Counted from the whole stretch's first letter, positions 1 to 13,193 are shown. The stretch is 63,435 nt of DNA, filler included, from Octopus bimaculoides (GCF_001194135.2; 4 parts of 3 records of this genome joined end to end with filler, not necessarily neighbours in it), one strand, 5' to 3'. Notes: a model not told the origin generated them from the sequence alone. Numbers and translations: made by a program.

Positions 1-1020
1 GTCTCCGTTCATCAGACTTATTTCCATGGTCCTCATCTTTTACTGAACTGGACCCATGGATTAAGCGTAGATCGAGGTTGGGGGCTTGGCAAGCAGAGTC
101 TCGTCAGGCACTCGTGCTTCTCTCCCAGTCAAGCAATGCCGGTGGCAGGGGTTCCACCTCCTCCTTCTATAGAGGGTTAGTAGATTTCAAGTGTGACGAC
201 GTCCTGAGAGAAACCCCGGGCTTCGATGACGGTCAGCTCGCCAGCCTGTACCGAAGAACATTCGGGCCAGGGCCTATGGACAATTACCAGAAGTCCCTGG
301 CATGGCAGTGTTACAGAGGTGCCTTACCTGTTTGAGATAAGCTCTTTAGGCATGGTTCTTCGTCTTCGTCGACTCGTCCAAGATGCGAGCAGGACAGTGA
401 AACTGTTCTGCACGCAATTGTACAATGTCTGAAGATTTCGGAGCTTTGGGCTTATGTCGAATACCTGATGTCATATCTGAGAAGATTACAACTGTCGACC
501 GAGTCTATAATTAAGATTGTTCCGCCGCCCTCCCTGAATAGGGAAGAGCAGACTTGTTTTCTCTCGGTAGTAGCTATCGCGAAAGAGGTAGTGTGGAAGA
601 CGAGAATTAAATAGGATCGTGACAGGTATTTTTATCTCCAGCCCAGAGTTTGTTAACTTTTTTCTTTTCCACATGAAAAGAAAAATAAGGCTGGAGAAGA
701 AATGCCTGTCGTACGGTGTTTCGAAAAAATGGAAATCTATAGCAAGTGTGTTGAGAGTGAATGAACCTGTTTGAGCGAGAACACAAAAGGAAAAATAAAG
801 TTTTCAGTGTGGGAATGTGGTTTGTGGGGTCGACAACGTCTTCCACTTTATTCTTGTTAATCATTAGTTTTTTTCTTTTACTTCATCGTTATTCATTTTT
901 TGTAATGTTTAATGTTTATTATCACGTTGTTACTCCCATTCGATCCCCGGTCCCTTGTCTGTCTGCCTGTCCTTGTTTCGTCCTCTCTTCATTTGTAACC
1001 ATTCTGGTGAATAAAGAAAA
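1..1020 (+). mobile_element. L1/Tx1-clade LINE, 3' part of ORF2 (zinc-binding C-terminus) plus 3' UTR, decayed
   Basis: Reads LAWQCYRGALPV*DKLFRHG...RCEQDSETVLHAIVQC with stops/frameshifts. Homologous to 17471-17930 and 32225-33740. Boundaries approximate. Confidence 0.8.
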
Positions 1021-1194
1021 GTGTTTGAAAACGGCTATTTGAAGCTTGAAACGCATACCAGAGTCATTCACTGTACAAATTATTATGAGAATAAAACCGT
1101 CTATAAAACCGTCAAAAGCTTGTTTATTTTTATGTTGTTGAATTATTATTAGTGTTGCTTAATATGCTTTGCTAAAATTGCTGTTTCCTTTCAG

Positions 1195-1210
1195 ATATCA
1201 CCAGAAAAAG
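1195..1210 (+). CDS. Candidate 16-nt microexon (ISPEK-G, phase 0 to 1) upstream of PAN exon A
   Basis: Acceptor ttgctgtttcctttcag and donor AAG|gtaatt. Exit phase 1 matches the entry phase of exon 1974-2210. An alternative 6-nt exon from the internal ccag is also possible. Confidence 0.35.
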
Positions 1211-1242
1211 GTAATTAAAATTCATTAAAAAGATAGATCTAT

Positions 1243-1340
1243 CGGACTTTCAAAAGTACAGCTCCCAAAATTACTGCAGAACTTATTGACCACTTCCACA
1301 AAAACTGTTCGCCGGGAGCTTCACAAAGCCGGATTTACAC
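1243..1340 (+). mobile_element. Tc1-like transposase fragment
   Basis: RTFKSTAPKITAEL...STKTVRRELHKAGF, typical of the Tc1 DNA-binding region. Confidence 0.5.
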
Positions 1341-1973
1341 TGCATCGCGCTGATTCTGTTTGAACAAAATGAAAAGGAAGAGAATTCCAGAGGCTTTATT
1401 GTCATGGAGATAAAGAAAGAGGCGAAGGTGTGATGGGGTTCCTGAGAAGAGTGAAACAGTAGAGGTGGAGTGAGGAAGAGAGACAAGTGTGTCAGATGGG
1501 CTAGGCTGCTGGTGGACTGTCATTAGTTTGTTTAGAAGATTGGTAGCCATTGTGGTAACAATAGAATAGGCAAAGAGAGAAGACAGCGTCTCGGTTTGTC
1601 AAAGATTGTAACTTGTTCGTCGTAAGATATTTCGGATGTTTTCGTATTAGTAACAACAGTATTCTAAATATGGGATTAGCACTCCATTTGGGGTTTGTAG
1701 TTGGTTAGTAAACAATCGTTTTTGACCTTCTTCGAGAACCTATGCTGTATAGTGTGTCTCTTTTACTTTCTTTCTACTTTTTCTTCCTTTCCTCCTTTCG
1801 TGATTTCTTTTCTTCTTTCTCTTCCCTTTTCTCGTTTTCATTTTTCTTTTCCTGCTGTTCTACTTTCTAATATATTATTTCTTCTTTCCTTTTTACTCTT
1901 CCATTTTTTGTCTCTTAATTTCTTTTCGTTTCTGCCTGATCATCCTTAAATTGTTTTCTAATCTTTATTGCAG

Positions 1974-2210
1974 GAAAAAAGAAGAAAAGCAGTGATTACC
2001 AAAGAATCAGCAACAGTATGAAATATCCAAATATTACCTTCAGGGTTTGGCGTCAAATGTCTTGTGAAAATTTATGTTTTTCGAGTTCCAACTGCTATGG
2101 TTATTCTTATAAGTCTGACTGGTGTCAATTACTTGTCATGAATGATTGTTGCAACTTCACAAAAGTCCTTTCCGATGGAAACTTTACTGACCTAATTAAG
2201 CCCATAAAAC
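1974..2210 (+). CDS. PAN/apple-like domain exon A (phase 1-1, 237 nt)
   Basis: Long polypyrimidine tract, ttattgcag acceptor, gtaagc donor. Open frame KKKKSSDYQRISNSMKYPNITFRVWRQMSCENLCFSSSNCYGYSYKSDWCQLLVMNDCCNFTKVLSDGNFTDLIKPIK with a C-x3-C-x5-C-x2-Y-x-Y-x4-C-x-L PAN-type core. Confidence 0.8.
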
Positions 2211-2394
2211 GTAAGCGGTTAGTTTACACAGGCACGGAAATATGCCGGATCTAAAAATATTAATGAACACTCTCAAAACTTGTGAAGAGGCAGGAAGCTG
2301 ATACACGGTTAGTAACGAGTGCCCAATGAGAAAATTCGATACAACTTCGAAGGTGTAGTGTATGAGGTGGTGACCGGCTCTGGTGGCAGCGTTT

Positions 2395-2660
2395 GCAACA
2401 ACAACAACAACAGCAGTTGCAGCACATTCGCCTGTAACAACAGCAATAGAAGCAGCTACGGCAGCAACAACAACACCAGCATCGTGTCCTCAATAACAAC
2501 AACAACGACAACGATACCAACAGTAGCAGCAGCAACAGCAGTAGCAGCAACAGCCGCAGCAACAGCAGTAGCAGTAGTAACGGTGCGAACAACAGATACG
2601 GCATTGACAACAACGGCAGCGATAATGACAACAACAGTAACAGCTGTAACACCACTAGCA
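2395..2660. repeat. Degenerate (CAA/CAG/ACA)n trinucleotide repeat
   Basis: Visible repeat; explains ORFs 2260-2661 and 2319-2804. Confidence 0.9.
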
Positions 2661-3480
2661 CAAGGGCACAGGCATGAAAATATGCCAGGTCTACAGGGGA
2701 CCTCTCTCCAGCACCGACTTAGTAATCACAGATCTTCCTTTAGAAGATCAGAAAGGTATAAGATCAAGTCTCTGACCAGCTACGTATGGCGTTTAAAAGA
2801 ATAGGGTACACCATATATAATTAAATAGAGTATCCCAGAACAACCGGCACCGTACCTCAGTGGGTGCAAACGATGTAAGTTTTGTTTGGCCGAGAGAGAA
2901 AGATTTCTGAAAAAACTCACTTGATCCAGGAACCTTCTTTAGTTTCAAAAAGAAGTGTTTACTGAGTGCGCTCATCAGAGGAAATTCCTGATGGAAAATG
3001 AAATTTTCCATTTGCTGACAAAGGAAAAAAAAACAGCCGACGATCAGCTGACCCATCTTAAACACAACTGGAAACGATCTAAGGGAGATATCTACACAAC
3101 TCCCAAGTTTTGGCCAGTTGAATTTCGTTCCTGAGTTTTTGTTTACAAAATTAACTGACAACTATATATTCCTCACTCCAGTTATAGAGGGTTATGTACA
3201 TCTGTCCAACGAGTCTGATGAGTAGCTTATACAACTATAACAAACAAACCTCTAAATAAAATTTTAGAGTGTGCTTCTTTTTGGTTATATGAACTATTGG
3301 TCATATGAACTATTGATTGATTACATATATCCCTTACCTTTTTGTCAATAGAATGCGGCCACAAATACGCGCGCACACACACATACACACGCACACACAC
3401 GCACACACACGCACACACACACGCTCGCAGACATACACATATACATGCAAACATTCGCACGCACGCGCGCACAGACACAT

Positions 3481-3640
3481 ATACGACGGTCTTTTCAGCT
3501 ACCACATCCATTCGCAAGGGTTTTGTCTGCCCCAGGCTATGGTAGAAGACACTTTACCAGGGTCCCACGCAGTGGGTCTGAACCTGAAACCACGTGGCTT
3601 GGAAGCAAACTTCTTACCACAGAGCCACGCCTGCACCTCT
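3481..3640 (-). mobile_element. tRNA-derived SINE head/core (family B, with internal microsatellite)
   Basis: Reverse complement matches 59119-59280 and 35320-35485 (gtggctgtgtggtaag...gtggcaccttgggcaagtgtcttctac-like). Confidence 0.8.
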
Positions 3641-3644
3641 AAAC

Positions 3645-3647
3645 ATA

Positions 3648-3682
<35 letters not shown>

Positions 3683-3772
3683 NNNNNNNNNNNNNNNNNN
3701 NNNNNNNNNNNNNNNNNNNNNNNNNNNNNNNNNNNNNNNNNNNNNNNNNNNNTGAGTATGTGTGTGCGCGCG

Positions 3773-3806
<34 letters not shown>

Positions 3807-4141
3807 TATGCATGTAATGTGTACGTGTTCATGTGAAGAAAGCATTCACACACATACTTACACACGCACATACACACACAAGTACACACATGTTCATACG
3901 AAAACGCACACACTGTCACGCACACTCGAAAATATACACGAAAATCTTTTCACCTGAAAAGACAACGCATTCATTGTTTACAACGCATCCAATGAATGCA
4001 TACTGTAGTGTGTGTGTGTGTATAATATACATGCATATAATATACAATATATACATACATTTATACGCATATATATGTCTATATATATATACATATGTAT
4101 ACACATATATATATGTCTATATATATACATACACATACACA

Positions 4142-4216
<75 letters not shown>

Positions 4217-4320
4217 TCATACTTATATTTTGTAGCCATAAAATTAACAAGCGGATATATATTTTATGTTCGATTAAAGCCTGTGGCGTGTTGTGCGTGT
4301 AACTCATCACATACACAAGC
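3645..4320. repeat. (TA)n/(CA)n compound microsatellites with gap
   Basis: Direct reading. Confidence 0.95.
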
Positions 4321-4605
4321 CATCAACATCTCTGAAAACAACGTGATCTATAGATTTCAGATAGAAAGGTGGAATTCATCAAACTATAAATATTAAAGAG
4401 ATGTAGCAGAAGTAATCACATAGAAGAAGAACAACAACGAAGATAAATTCCTTAAATTTATATCTAGAAATTGTTATCCTTTGAATCGTAATTTTGAGTT
4501 TCAAGTTTCGGAAAGTAAAATTATAAATGCAGAAAATTTTATTTAAAAACATACCAAAACATCCCGAAACAAGAACGAAATCAAAGAAATATCTTTTATA
4601 AAGAA

Positions 4606-4656
4606 ATGGCGTTGTATACATCGTGTTTACTGCAAATTTCTTTTGTCTCCTTATTG
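4606..4656 (+). CDS. PAN-protein gene, first coding exon (signal peptide MALYTSCLLQISFVSLL)
   Basis: aagaaATGG start; 17 codons then TTG|gtaagt donor (phase 0). Joins in frame to 9231-9261. Confidence 0.7.
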
Positions 4657-5049
4657 GTAAGTTGGTGTATAATTTGATTGAGATATTTAGAATTTGATCG
4701 ATTGATTAACTGAAAGTTTGGATAAATTCTTATGCATTTTTGTGACAGTTGGCGATTTGATGTTGCTTTTTATGTTTTGTTAAACTTCATGAGAGTACAT
4801 GTGAAGGGCATTTTTCTTCTATTCACTGGCTACTAATGTATATATTTAATCTGTGTGTGCAGACGTGGGGGCCTGGTGATAAGAGTGTTGCACTCAGGAT
4901 CGTAAAATTGTGGTTTCGATTACTGGAAAGAGTGATGTATTTTGCTCTTGAACACAATACTTCATTTCACGTTACTCCAGTCTACTCAACGGGAAAAAAA
5001 GTAATCCGGCGTCGGACTAGGGTCTCGCCCATTGGGAGATTAATATACA

Positions 5050-5098
<49 letters not shown>

Positions 5099-5961
5099 TA
5101 TAATTAGGCCTGTTTACGAAAAGTTTTCTTCCCCCCAATTTTTTGTTTATGGAGAATGTTCTCGAGCAGGCACCAGTTTTGCACTACCATTGATTGATAA
5201 TTCTGGTTATCCTTCGAGTGCTTATGTACTAATGTTTATGCTTGGTTAGTTTGACCATTCTTAGTACTTTCCACTTCCGAAAGTCCAGTTGTCCCTATAA
5301 AGACTTCATTCTTTTTGCTATAGGAGAAATAATTAATAGTTTTAAGAAAACAGAGAATACATATAGAATATTCACTTTTTTAATCATTGTACAGCCATAT
5401 TAAGTTCTTTTTTTTTTGCCTACGTTTCAACCATTTGTTAGAGTCCATACTTGCTCTTTAAAGTGCGTTATGATGTAATAAATAAACAATGGCTCCTTCC
5501 GGGCATTTTAACTGCTATTTTAAATTTCTCTCGAATGGAGAATTATTCCAACTGAATGGGAAAACTTTTGCTTTTTTATTCAACTGCATGGTGGATACTG
5601 TTCTAAAATAGCTCAAAACTGACTTTTCGACCCGACTAGTCAAGGGAGGAAATTGTCGCCAAAATCTAGGTCGTGTTACTATTCTTCGATTTTGATTTTT
5701 TGATAAACACATTAATCATTGTTTTTTTTTGTAAGGTAGTCAGGACTTTTATTCGATTACTACTAATTTTATACTGTTCGTGTATCAGGCCCTTAAGGTG
5801 TTTTTTCTGTGTTTTTATTATTCATAATTTAATATATTAATATTGGTAGGTACTTGATTGTATTTGTTTTTATGCTATTGTTATTTATATAATCGCTATT
5901 GTTATTAGTATTAATATTATTTGTAATTATTAATGTGTTAATACGAATAGGTAAGTTCGTT

Positions 5962-5973
5962 ATATTTGGCCCT

Positions 5974-6020
<47 letters not shown>

Positions 6021-6036
6021 GGTAAGGGCCAAATAT
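5962..6036. repeat. (GATA)n flanked by a perfect 14-bp inverted repeat
   Basis: atatttggccctta (5962-5975) and taagggccaaatat (6023-6036). Confidence 0.85.
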
Positions 6037-6364
6037 CTACTGGATATTCCTGAAAAAGGTACAGGATATTCTTGAAAAAGCTGCAGGAATATCCAGCAAA
6101 TGGATTTTACAGAAATATGGTAACACCATATACTCATTCACTCATAGACAGAAGGCCCCTCAACATTGCGAAAAATAAGGTAAGATACAAAACCTAAGTG
6201 GATCTCTCCACTTAAGGAGAATATTCAAATTATTTGTCATATTAGTGTTAAAAGTGGAGAAGTGTAGATGTTAAAATATGTAAGAGAATTTTAATTCATA
6301 CAGATGATTGTTTCGTACAGTGTATAAAAATAATACAAATTATTTGTCATATTAGTGGATCGAG

Positions 6365-6705
6365 AAATTTAAAAGTGGCCGGACAAGCGTGACGCACGAA
6401 GAGGGAGCAGGACGCTCGTGAACCTCCACCACTGATGAGAAGATTCAGCAAGCTCGAGAGATGGTAATGGTGAACCGTTCTCTCTCTCGGATCACTACTC
6501 TTTGTTCTTTAGTGCACATTGCTAGTGGGGAAGCCATGCCTACACTGTTAAGCCAGAAAGAAAATTGGCGCGATAAGGCACAAATTTCGATCACGTGACC
6601 ACAATAGTACCAACTATAAGTATGCAGGCACAGAAGGCAGCGTAACAATAATAAATATATGTTATGGCTAGAATGCGGAAAACTTTTGACTTCCCCTCGT
6701 ATATA
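6365..6705. mobile_element. Rearranged mariner fragments in both orientations
   Basis: + strand KFKSGRTSVTHEEGAGRS*TSTTDEKIQQAREMV. - strand TACGAGGGGAAGTCAAAAG terminus followed by MASPLAMCTKEQRVVIR. Confidence 0.7.
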
Positions 6706-6871
6706 CACATACACATAAGTGTATGTGTGTGTGTGAGTGTAGTAAAAAGGAGAGCAATTGGATGGTAATATTTATTACAGTAGTGCTGCTTCTATTTCAT
6801 ATTTGAATTAATAAAAATATACATATACTCATTATTCTGAGTTTTATTCTGAGTTTATATACATATATATA

Positions 6872-6902
<31 letters not shown>

Positions 6903-6962
6903 CTCTCTCTCTCTCTCTCTNNNNNNNNNNATATATATATATATATATAAATATATATATAC

Positions 6963-8330
6963 ACGTCGATCTAACTGAAGCTTTCGACACCGTATCTAGG
7001 AATGCTCTTTGAGTTTTCCTTAGAAAGCTAAGAGTTCCCGTAAAGATGTTCAATGTCATCATTTCTTTCCATCAAACGATGATGGCTTCTGTCAGATCGA
7101 GCGGGAAAGTGTCCGATTCATTCACAGTCTTAAATGGGACAGAAGGCTGTGTTCTTGCACTGCTCTTATTTGCTTTTTATTTCTCCGTCATGTCAGAAAC
7201 AGCGTTCGGGAATGTTTAAGAAGGAATAAAGTTTGAGTACAGAACTGGTGGTGGTTTGTTCAACCAACAACGATTCAAGACTTTGGTGCAAACAGTTTGA
7301 GATTTACTCTTCGCAGCTGATTGAGCACTTGTAACACACACTCATGAGGACATACAATTGATTTTAAATAACTCCACGCATGCATTGAAGGCTTTTGGTC
7401 TGGCCATCAGCATTAAGAAAATTGAGCTTGTTCATCAGCCCATTTGCGACCATATTTCCGCTGTTGCCCCTACTGTATTTGTTGATAGGAAAGCATTGAA
7501 ACTATTTCCTCCTTTTCATAGTTCCACTGTGTTCAATGATGGTAAGATGGATAAAGAAATTGAGTCCAGAATCGGGAAGTCTAGTTTTTGGTAGGCTTTA
7601 TCACGAGCTTTGGAACAGACATGACGCATCGTTGAAGGTGAAAGTCGATGTATATAAGTCGGTGGTCTTGATAACATTGCTTTATGGTAACATATCTTGG
7701 CTCTGTACCGAAAACAATCAACCTATTTGACGCTTTTCATATGCGATGCTTGCGTACTACCTCCAACATAAAATTGAGTGATCATAATCATAACAGCGAA
7801 GTACTAACAAATTGCAACATACCAGGTATTGAAATACCTCATAAAAATACAGCTTAGATGGTCAGGTCATCTCTCACGTATGACTAATATCAGAATTCCG
7901 AAGCAAATTCTCTTTGACCACTTCCCAACAGAAAGGTCAGTTGGAAGGCCACTCTTGCGCTTCAAAAACAAACTAAAAGACAATATGAAGTGATGCAACA
8001 TTCCCTTTTCTTCCTGGGAAGATAAAGCATCAGAACGTAGGACTTGGCACCAGTTCTGCTTCTCCTTAGTTCAAAGATTTGAGCAAAGTCAATTCCAGCA
8101 TCGGGGCCAACTTCATGCAAGCATGAAGACATTCTGGCAAAACGCTGCTCCTCTAAATAGAAGGCTTATCTGTTATTGTGGTTTTGTAGTACGAAGCAAA
8201 GCAGGCTTTGCCATCCACTCAAGAAAATACTTAGTGAATGACCTACAAGCACTCAAGCAAACTGAGTCCTCAACTTGTTCCATTTGCCAAAATGTTTGCA
8301 AGGCACCAACAAGCCTCAAGAGAACATGAT
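6963..8330 (+). mobile_element. RTE-clade LINE, RT and C-terminal C2H2-like region, decayed, followed by a (CA)n tract
   Basis: VDLTEAFDTVSRNAL, GCVLA.LLF, DLLFAAD (mutated ADD), AFGLAISIKK, CYCGFVVRSKAGFAIH. Confidence 0.85.
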
Positions 8331-8363
8331 TAACGTTTAATTTTACTGAACCCTCATTTGCCG

Positions 8364-8426
<63 letters not shown>

Positions 8427-9230
8427 CGTAAAACAAACATAAGGTTTTTTGAAGCGTTGAAATGTATTGTATACAGATACACACCCTCTCGCCGGTCATT
8501 GATCCGATGTCGTGTCAGTTCCTTTTAAAAGACAAGTCAAGCCAGCTATACGCCAACAACTTCCTGCCCAATCACGCGGTCCAAGAAATTCTCCTTTCTT
8601 ATGTAAGTAGTGTCGCTGGAATTTTTATTTCATGTCTAATAACACCATGTGACCCGCCTTAACTAGTAGCAACTCAGTTTCCGGTATCCATCTTGGATTT
8701 TCTACCCGTCTCCATTCGGTTAACCTTGCCTGACGAGCTGGTTTCCTGTAAGAAGCCTGTGAAACCTTAATATGCATGGGGCCGAATCAAACTGTTTTAA
8801 ATAATATATGTAACTCCTACTAAATGTGTTGAGTGCGTCTTTCTTTCGTTTGTCCAATCACCAGTGCATACATACATACATACATACATACATACATACA
8901 TACATGCATACATGCATACATGCATACATGCATAGATACATACATACATGCACACACACAGACATGTATACATACATGCACACACACACACACATACATA
9001 ATGTATACATACATACATGCNNNNNNNNNNCACAGACATGTATACATACATGCACACACACACACACATACATAATGTATACATACATACATGCACACAC
9101 ACATACATACATACATGCACACACACATGTATGTATGTATGTATGTATGTATGTATGTATGTATGTATGCATGTATGTGTGTCTGTGTACGTGGATATAC
9201 ATAACATTATATATAATTCTCTTTTTACAG

Positions 9231-9261
9231 GCATATATATTTGGTGGATATTATATTGTAG
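9231..9261 (+). CDS. PAN-protein gene exon 2 (AYIFGGYYIV-E, phase 0 to 1)
   Basis: ttctctttttacag acceptor, G|gtaagt donor. 31 nt bridges the phase-0 signal exon to the phase-1 PAN exon and completes the signal peptide. Confidence 0.7.
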
Positions 9262-10734
9262 GTAAGTTAAATTTTCTTCTACCATATCTTTATAAAATAA
9301 TTAGACATTCACTAAGTCCGGCACTTCCGTTCTGGACGCAAGCTAATAGTTAGACTATTTGTGTTATGCAATACTCATTGCATAACTGGAGTTGTAGGAA
9401 AACCAGGATAGCTATTTAAGGACGTATATACAGTTCTATACATCTTTTATTTTCTAATACATCATTTTCATAATTCTTGAGAGGTTCCTCTATCGCCTGG
9501 CTACTGACCGATACAGTTGCATACCAAGCCATAGATGTACGTGTAATGGTGAAAGAAATGGATGTCGCTGATAAAGCAGAAATAAGCGGTACTTCATATT
9601 TCTCTCGAAATATTTCTTGGGCATCAAGTTATAGATATTCACATATCACTCTAAAAATAGTTTGACACTTTACAGTATGACTGGCGAAGTCATTGCACAC
9701 TAGCAAAATCTCTAAAAATCTAAACGAAGAACTCGTTTAAACGATTAGATTAAAACAGGAATTAAATATAATTTGAAGACCAATGAACTTCTAGAATATT
9801 TTTCACAGCGTGGCTGCAATATTCCAGATTCTACAGCAGACGTAAAATTAAAGCCAAACTAGTGACCATCCCATCATTTGTTTTGGAGTATATCCAATAC
9901 TATATTATTAAATGACTCCTTCCCTAATTTTCTGCACTGCAGGAATAATTTGAAGTAGATTTTCGCTTTTGATATTGCAACATTATACTACTATTTGACG
10001 GTTTGATCATTAAATTTGACGATGGCCTAGGAAAATGACAGCTGAGCGGAAGATTATTTTTATAGTGAGGAACAGCTACTCGCACATATAACTCACTCAC
10101 TAGCTTTTATACAATCTGTCCAGGAGCAAATTACGACAAATGAGTTTGTCTGAGAATGCAGGAAAATGCCAAAATGGATACAGTAATTTCCATGTCTCAC
10201 AATATTTTCAAACTAGATGCGTGTCCTGGCTATAAAATGTGACATCTAAAATAACATGATGGCTAAGTTACTACTTGCATCAGTCACACCCATTGACCCG
10301 CTGCAACCAAACTGAAAGATGAGGAGATGAAGATTATTAGTTATTCCTCGCATCATTTGGATGAAATGAGAACAAATCACTAATCATACACTGATGGTTA
10401 ACGTGCATATGTATATATTATTGGATGGCCATTGATTCCCTAAGTTCATTTGCACTTTCACAGGTCTGGTTTTTTAATCATGTGTTGTGGTGCACAAACA
10501 CACACTCTTTGCAAAGCAAGTTTGAACTAAAACGGGCTTGCCAGTCGTTGACGATTTGGCAACGCAACAAGTTATATTGAATTATACGTTATTGGTGTGA
10601 CTCACAAATGATTTATAATATATATAAATAAATAAAAATAAACAGAACAAGTGCAGTATGTTTGTGACCTTTTCTGGTTGTTTTAGTCAAAGCAAATTAA
10701 TATTATTTTTATTTACTTTTTTTTCGTTTTTCAG

Positions 10735-10983
10735 AGGGCAGACTCTATCAAATGATCATGAATAAAAATATTACTGGATTAAAACACCTGGAGAAGCACT
10801 ATTTGCTGGCTGAATGTAACAAGAAATGTAATCAGAATAACAACTGTGACTGCTTCTATTATCAACAGTTTAATGATTCATGCAGTTTATTGAATTCAAA
10901 TGACTGTACTAACATACTGAATTCTACATTACCGGGGATAAATGATGCCTCGACCATACTGGCAATTTTTCGAGATCGGAATA
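10735..10983 (+). CDS. PAN/apple-like domain exon B (phase 1-1, 249 nt)
   Basis: ttttttcgtttttcag acceptor, A|gtaagt donor. GRLYQMIMNKNITGLKHLEKHYLLAECNKKCNQNNNCDCFYYQQFNDSCSLLNSNDCTNILNSTLPGINDASTILAIFRDRN. Confidence 0.85.
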
Positions 10984-11626
10984 GTAAGTGAATAGCTTAT
11001 TTATTCGTTCATTAACTGATTAAGAAGTTCTGGGTTTACAAGTGTGGTAGAGTGGCTGTTGGCAAACTATTGATGTGTCGAGACACGACTCAAATTTTAA
11101 GTTGTATGAAAGTTATTTTCCACTTCAACCTTGTCACTCATACACTGGAAAATGCATGAATATCAAAAATCCCCTTTTGAAGTGAGACTGGAATATGGTG
11201 AATGTGGTAGAGAAAAAGTTAAGTAGTTGGTCTATCGAGACTGTAGATCAGTTTTAATTCCGAGTCGAAACAAATTCACTTCCTTCATGCCATCAGTTAA
11301 AACATGAACATCCAATGTCACAGCTTTTCTTCCAGCCCAAGCTAAAACAAGAGTTCCATATGAGGTTTCTCGACCTGATAAAAATAGCAATCAAACTGCC
11401 CCGAGACAACATAGGACACACTGTAGAATGTTGTTCTAAACTGGTTGACTGGATGGTCACAGTTGGAACACGTTTGACGCCAGATCAGAAGAGGATCCGC
11501 TGGTGTCCTAAATGTGACTAGCCCTTCACTTTGGGTTTGTAGTTGGTTTGTAAAGAATGTGGGCAGGAGCCCTTCTCGATTTTTATATTATATCCCAATA
11601 AATCCTTGTGTGTATGTGAGGGGATG

Positions 11627-11669
<43 letters not shown>

Positions 11670-12215
11670 ATGGTTACCGACAGGTTTGTAGTAGGTAATC
11701 GAAATATCTGTAAGTGTATGTAAAGACAAAAGAGTAATGGTAGAAGAATATAAATTTAAAGGATTTGTGAAAACGCGCGAAGCTGAAATGAACATTTTGT
11801 GTAGAAAAGATGCGGGACGATACCTCAGGGCAATGGATGGTGTTGCTGATCATCAGCGGTGGTAACAGTTACAGATCCGCTAACTCTAATCCTGCAGACC
11901 TATGATCAAAAATCTTTCAGCCGTGACCAATCCGTCTGTTTGCCTTCAATGAGGCACTACGATGCCTAAAATATCGTTCTTTATTTTAGATGTCACGATT
12001 TAATGTTTTAGATAGAGAGACTATATAGGGACATTCCGTCAAAGGATCCTGAAACAGTCTCAAATTGACCATTTGATTTCCGACATTCATATTCTACCTT
12101 ATCACCCATGCAGTGTTCGTAGTAGTTTCTCTGTGGTTACAATCGATTTTCCAATGGACGTTGAAGGATGCTTACATTTTAGAAGTTTTGTAAATCATTT
12201 AATAAATCAGCAGTC

Positions 12216-13193
12216 NNNNNNNNNNNNNNNNNNNNNNNNNNNNNNNNNNNNNNNNNNNNNNNNNNNNNNNNNNNNNNNNNNNNNNNNNNNNNNNNNNNNN
12301 NNNNNNNNNNNNNNNNNNNNNNNNNNNNNNNNNNNNNNNNNNNNNNNNNNNNNNNNNNNNNNNNNNNNNNNNNNNNNNNNNNNNNNNNNNNNNNNNNNNN
12401 NNNNNNNNNNNNNNNNNNNNNNNNNNNNNNNNNNNNNNNNNNNNNNNNNNNNNNNNNNNNNNNNNNNNNNNNNNNNNNNNNNNNNNNNNNNNNNNNNNNN
12501 NNNNNNNNNNNNNNNNNNNNNNNNNNNNNNNNNNNNNNNNNNNNNNNNNNNNNNNNNNNNNNNNNNNNNNNNNNNNNNNNNNNNNNNNNNNNNNNNNNNN
12601 NNNNNNNNNNNNNNNNNNNNNNNNNNNNNNNNNNNNNNNNNNNNNNNNNNNNNNNNNNNNNNNNNNNNNNNNNNNNNNNNNNNNNNNNNNNNNNNNNNNN
12701 NNNNNNNNNNNNNNNNNNNNNNNNNNNNNNNNNNNNNNNNNNNNNNNNNNNNNNNNNNNNNNNNNNNNNNNNNNNNNNNNNNNNNNNNNNNNNNNNNNNN
12801 NNNNNNNNNNNNNNNNNNNNNNNNNNNNNNNNNNNNNNNNNNNNNNNNNNNNNNNNNNNNNNNNNNNNNNNNNNNNNNNNNNNNNNNNNNNNNNNNNNNN
12901 NNNNNNNNNNNNNNNNNNNNNNNNNNNNNNNNNNNNNNNNNNNNNNNNNNNNNNNNNNNNNNNNNNNNNNNNNNNNNNNNNNNNNNNNNNNNNNNNNNNN
13001 NNNNNNNNNNNNNNNNNNNNNNNNNNNNNNNNNNNNNNNNNNNNNNNNNNNNNNNNNNNNNNNNNNNNNNNNNNNNNNNNNNNNNNNNNNNNNNNNNNNN
13101 NNNNNNNNNNNNNNNNNNNNNNNNNNNNNNNNNNNNNNNNNNNNNNNNNNNNNNNNNNNNNNNNNNNNNNNNNNNNNNNNNNNNNNNNNNNNN
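12216..13193. other. Assembly gap within the PAN cluster
   Basis: Run of N; could hide exons. Confidence 1.

Noticed and set aside
930-1020. L1/Tx1 3' tail as the source of a SINE tail
   Set aside because: No SINE copy in this window clearly shares the tail, so it cannot be supported here
2260-2804. 133-161 aa poly-L/T/A/N ORFs right after PAN exon A
   Set aside because: Trinucleotide repeat with no splice support or recognisable domain
3227-4396. Long YI/HT/CV-rich ORFs, here and throughout (8797-9353, 24392-25047, 39753-40439, 45996-47046 etc.)
   Set aside because: Translations of (TA)n, (CA)n, (GA)n microsatellites and N-gaps
4385-4530. TATA boxes for the PAN gene (4385-4392 and about 4522)
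   Set aside because: Two equally plausible candidates in very AT-rich DNA; cannot choose without TSS data
8950-9125. About 65-bp direct duplication around a 10-N gap
   Set aside because: Looks like overlapping contig ends in a microsatellite, i.e. an assembly artefact
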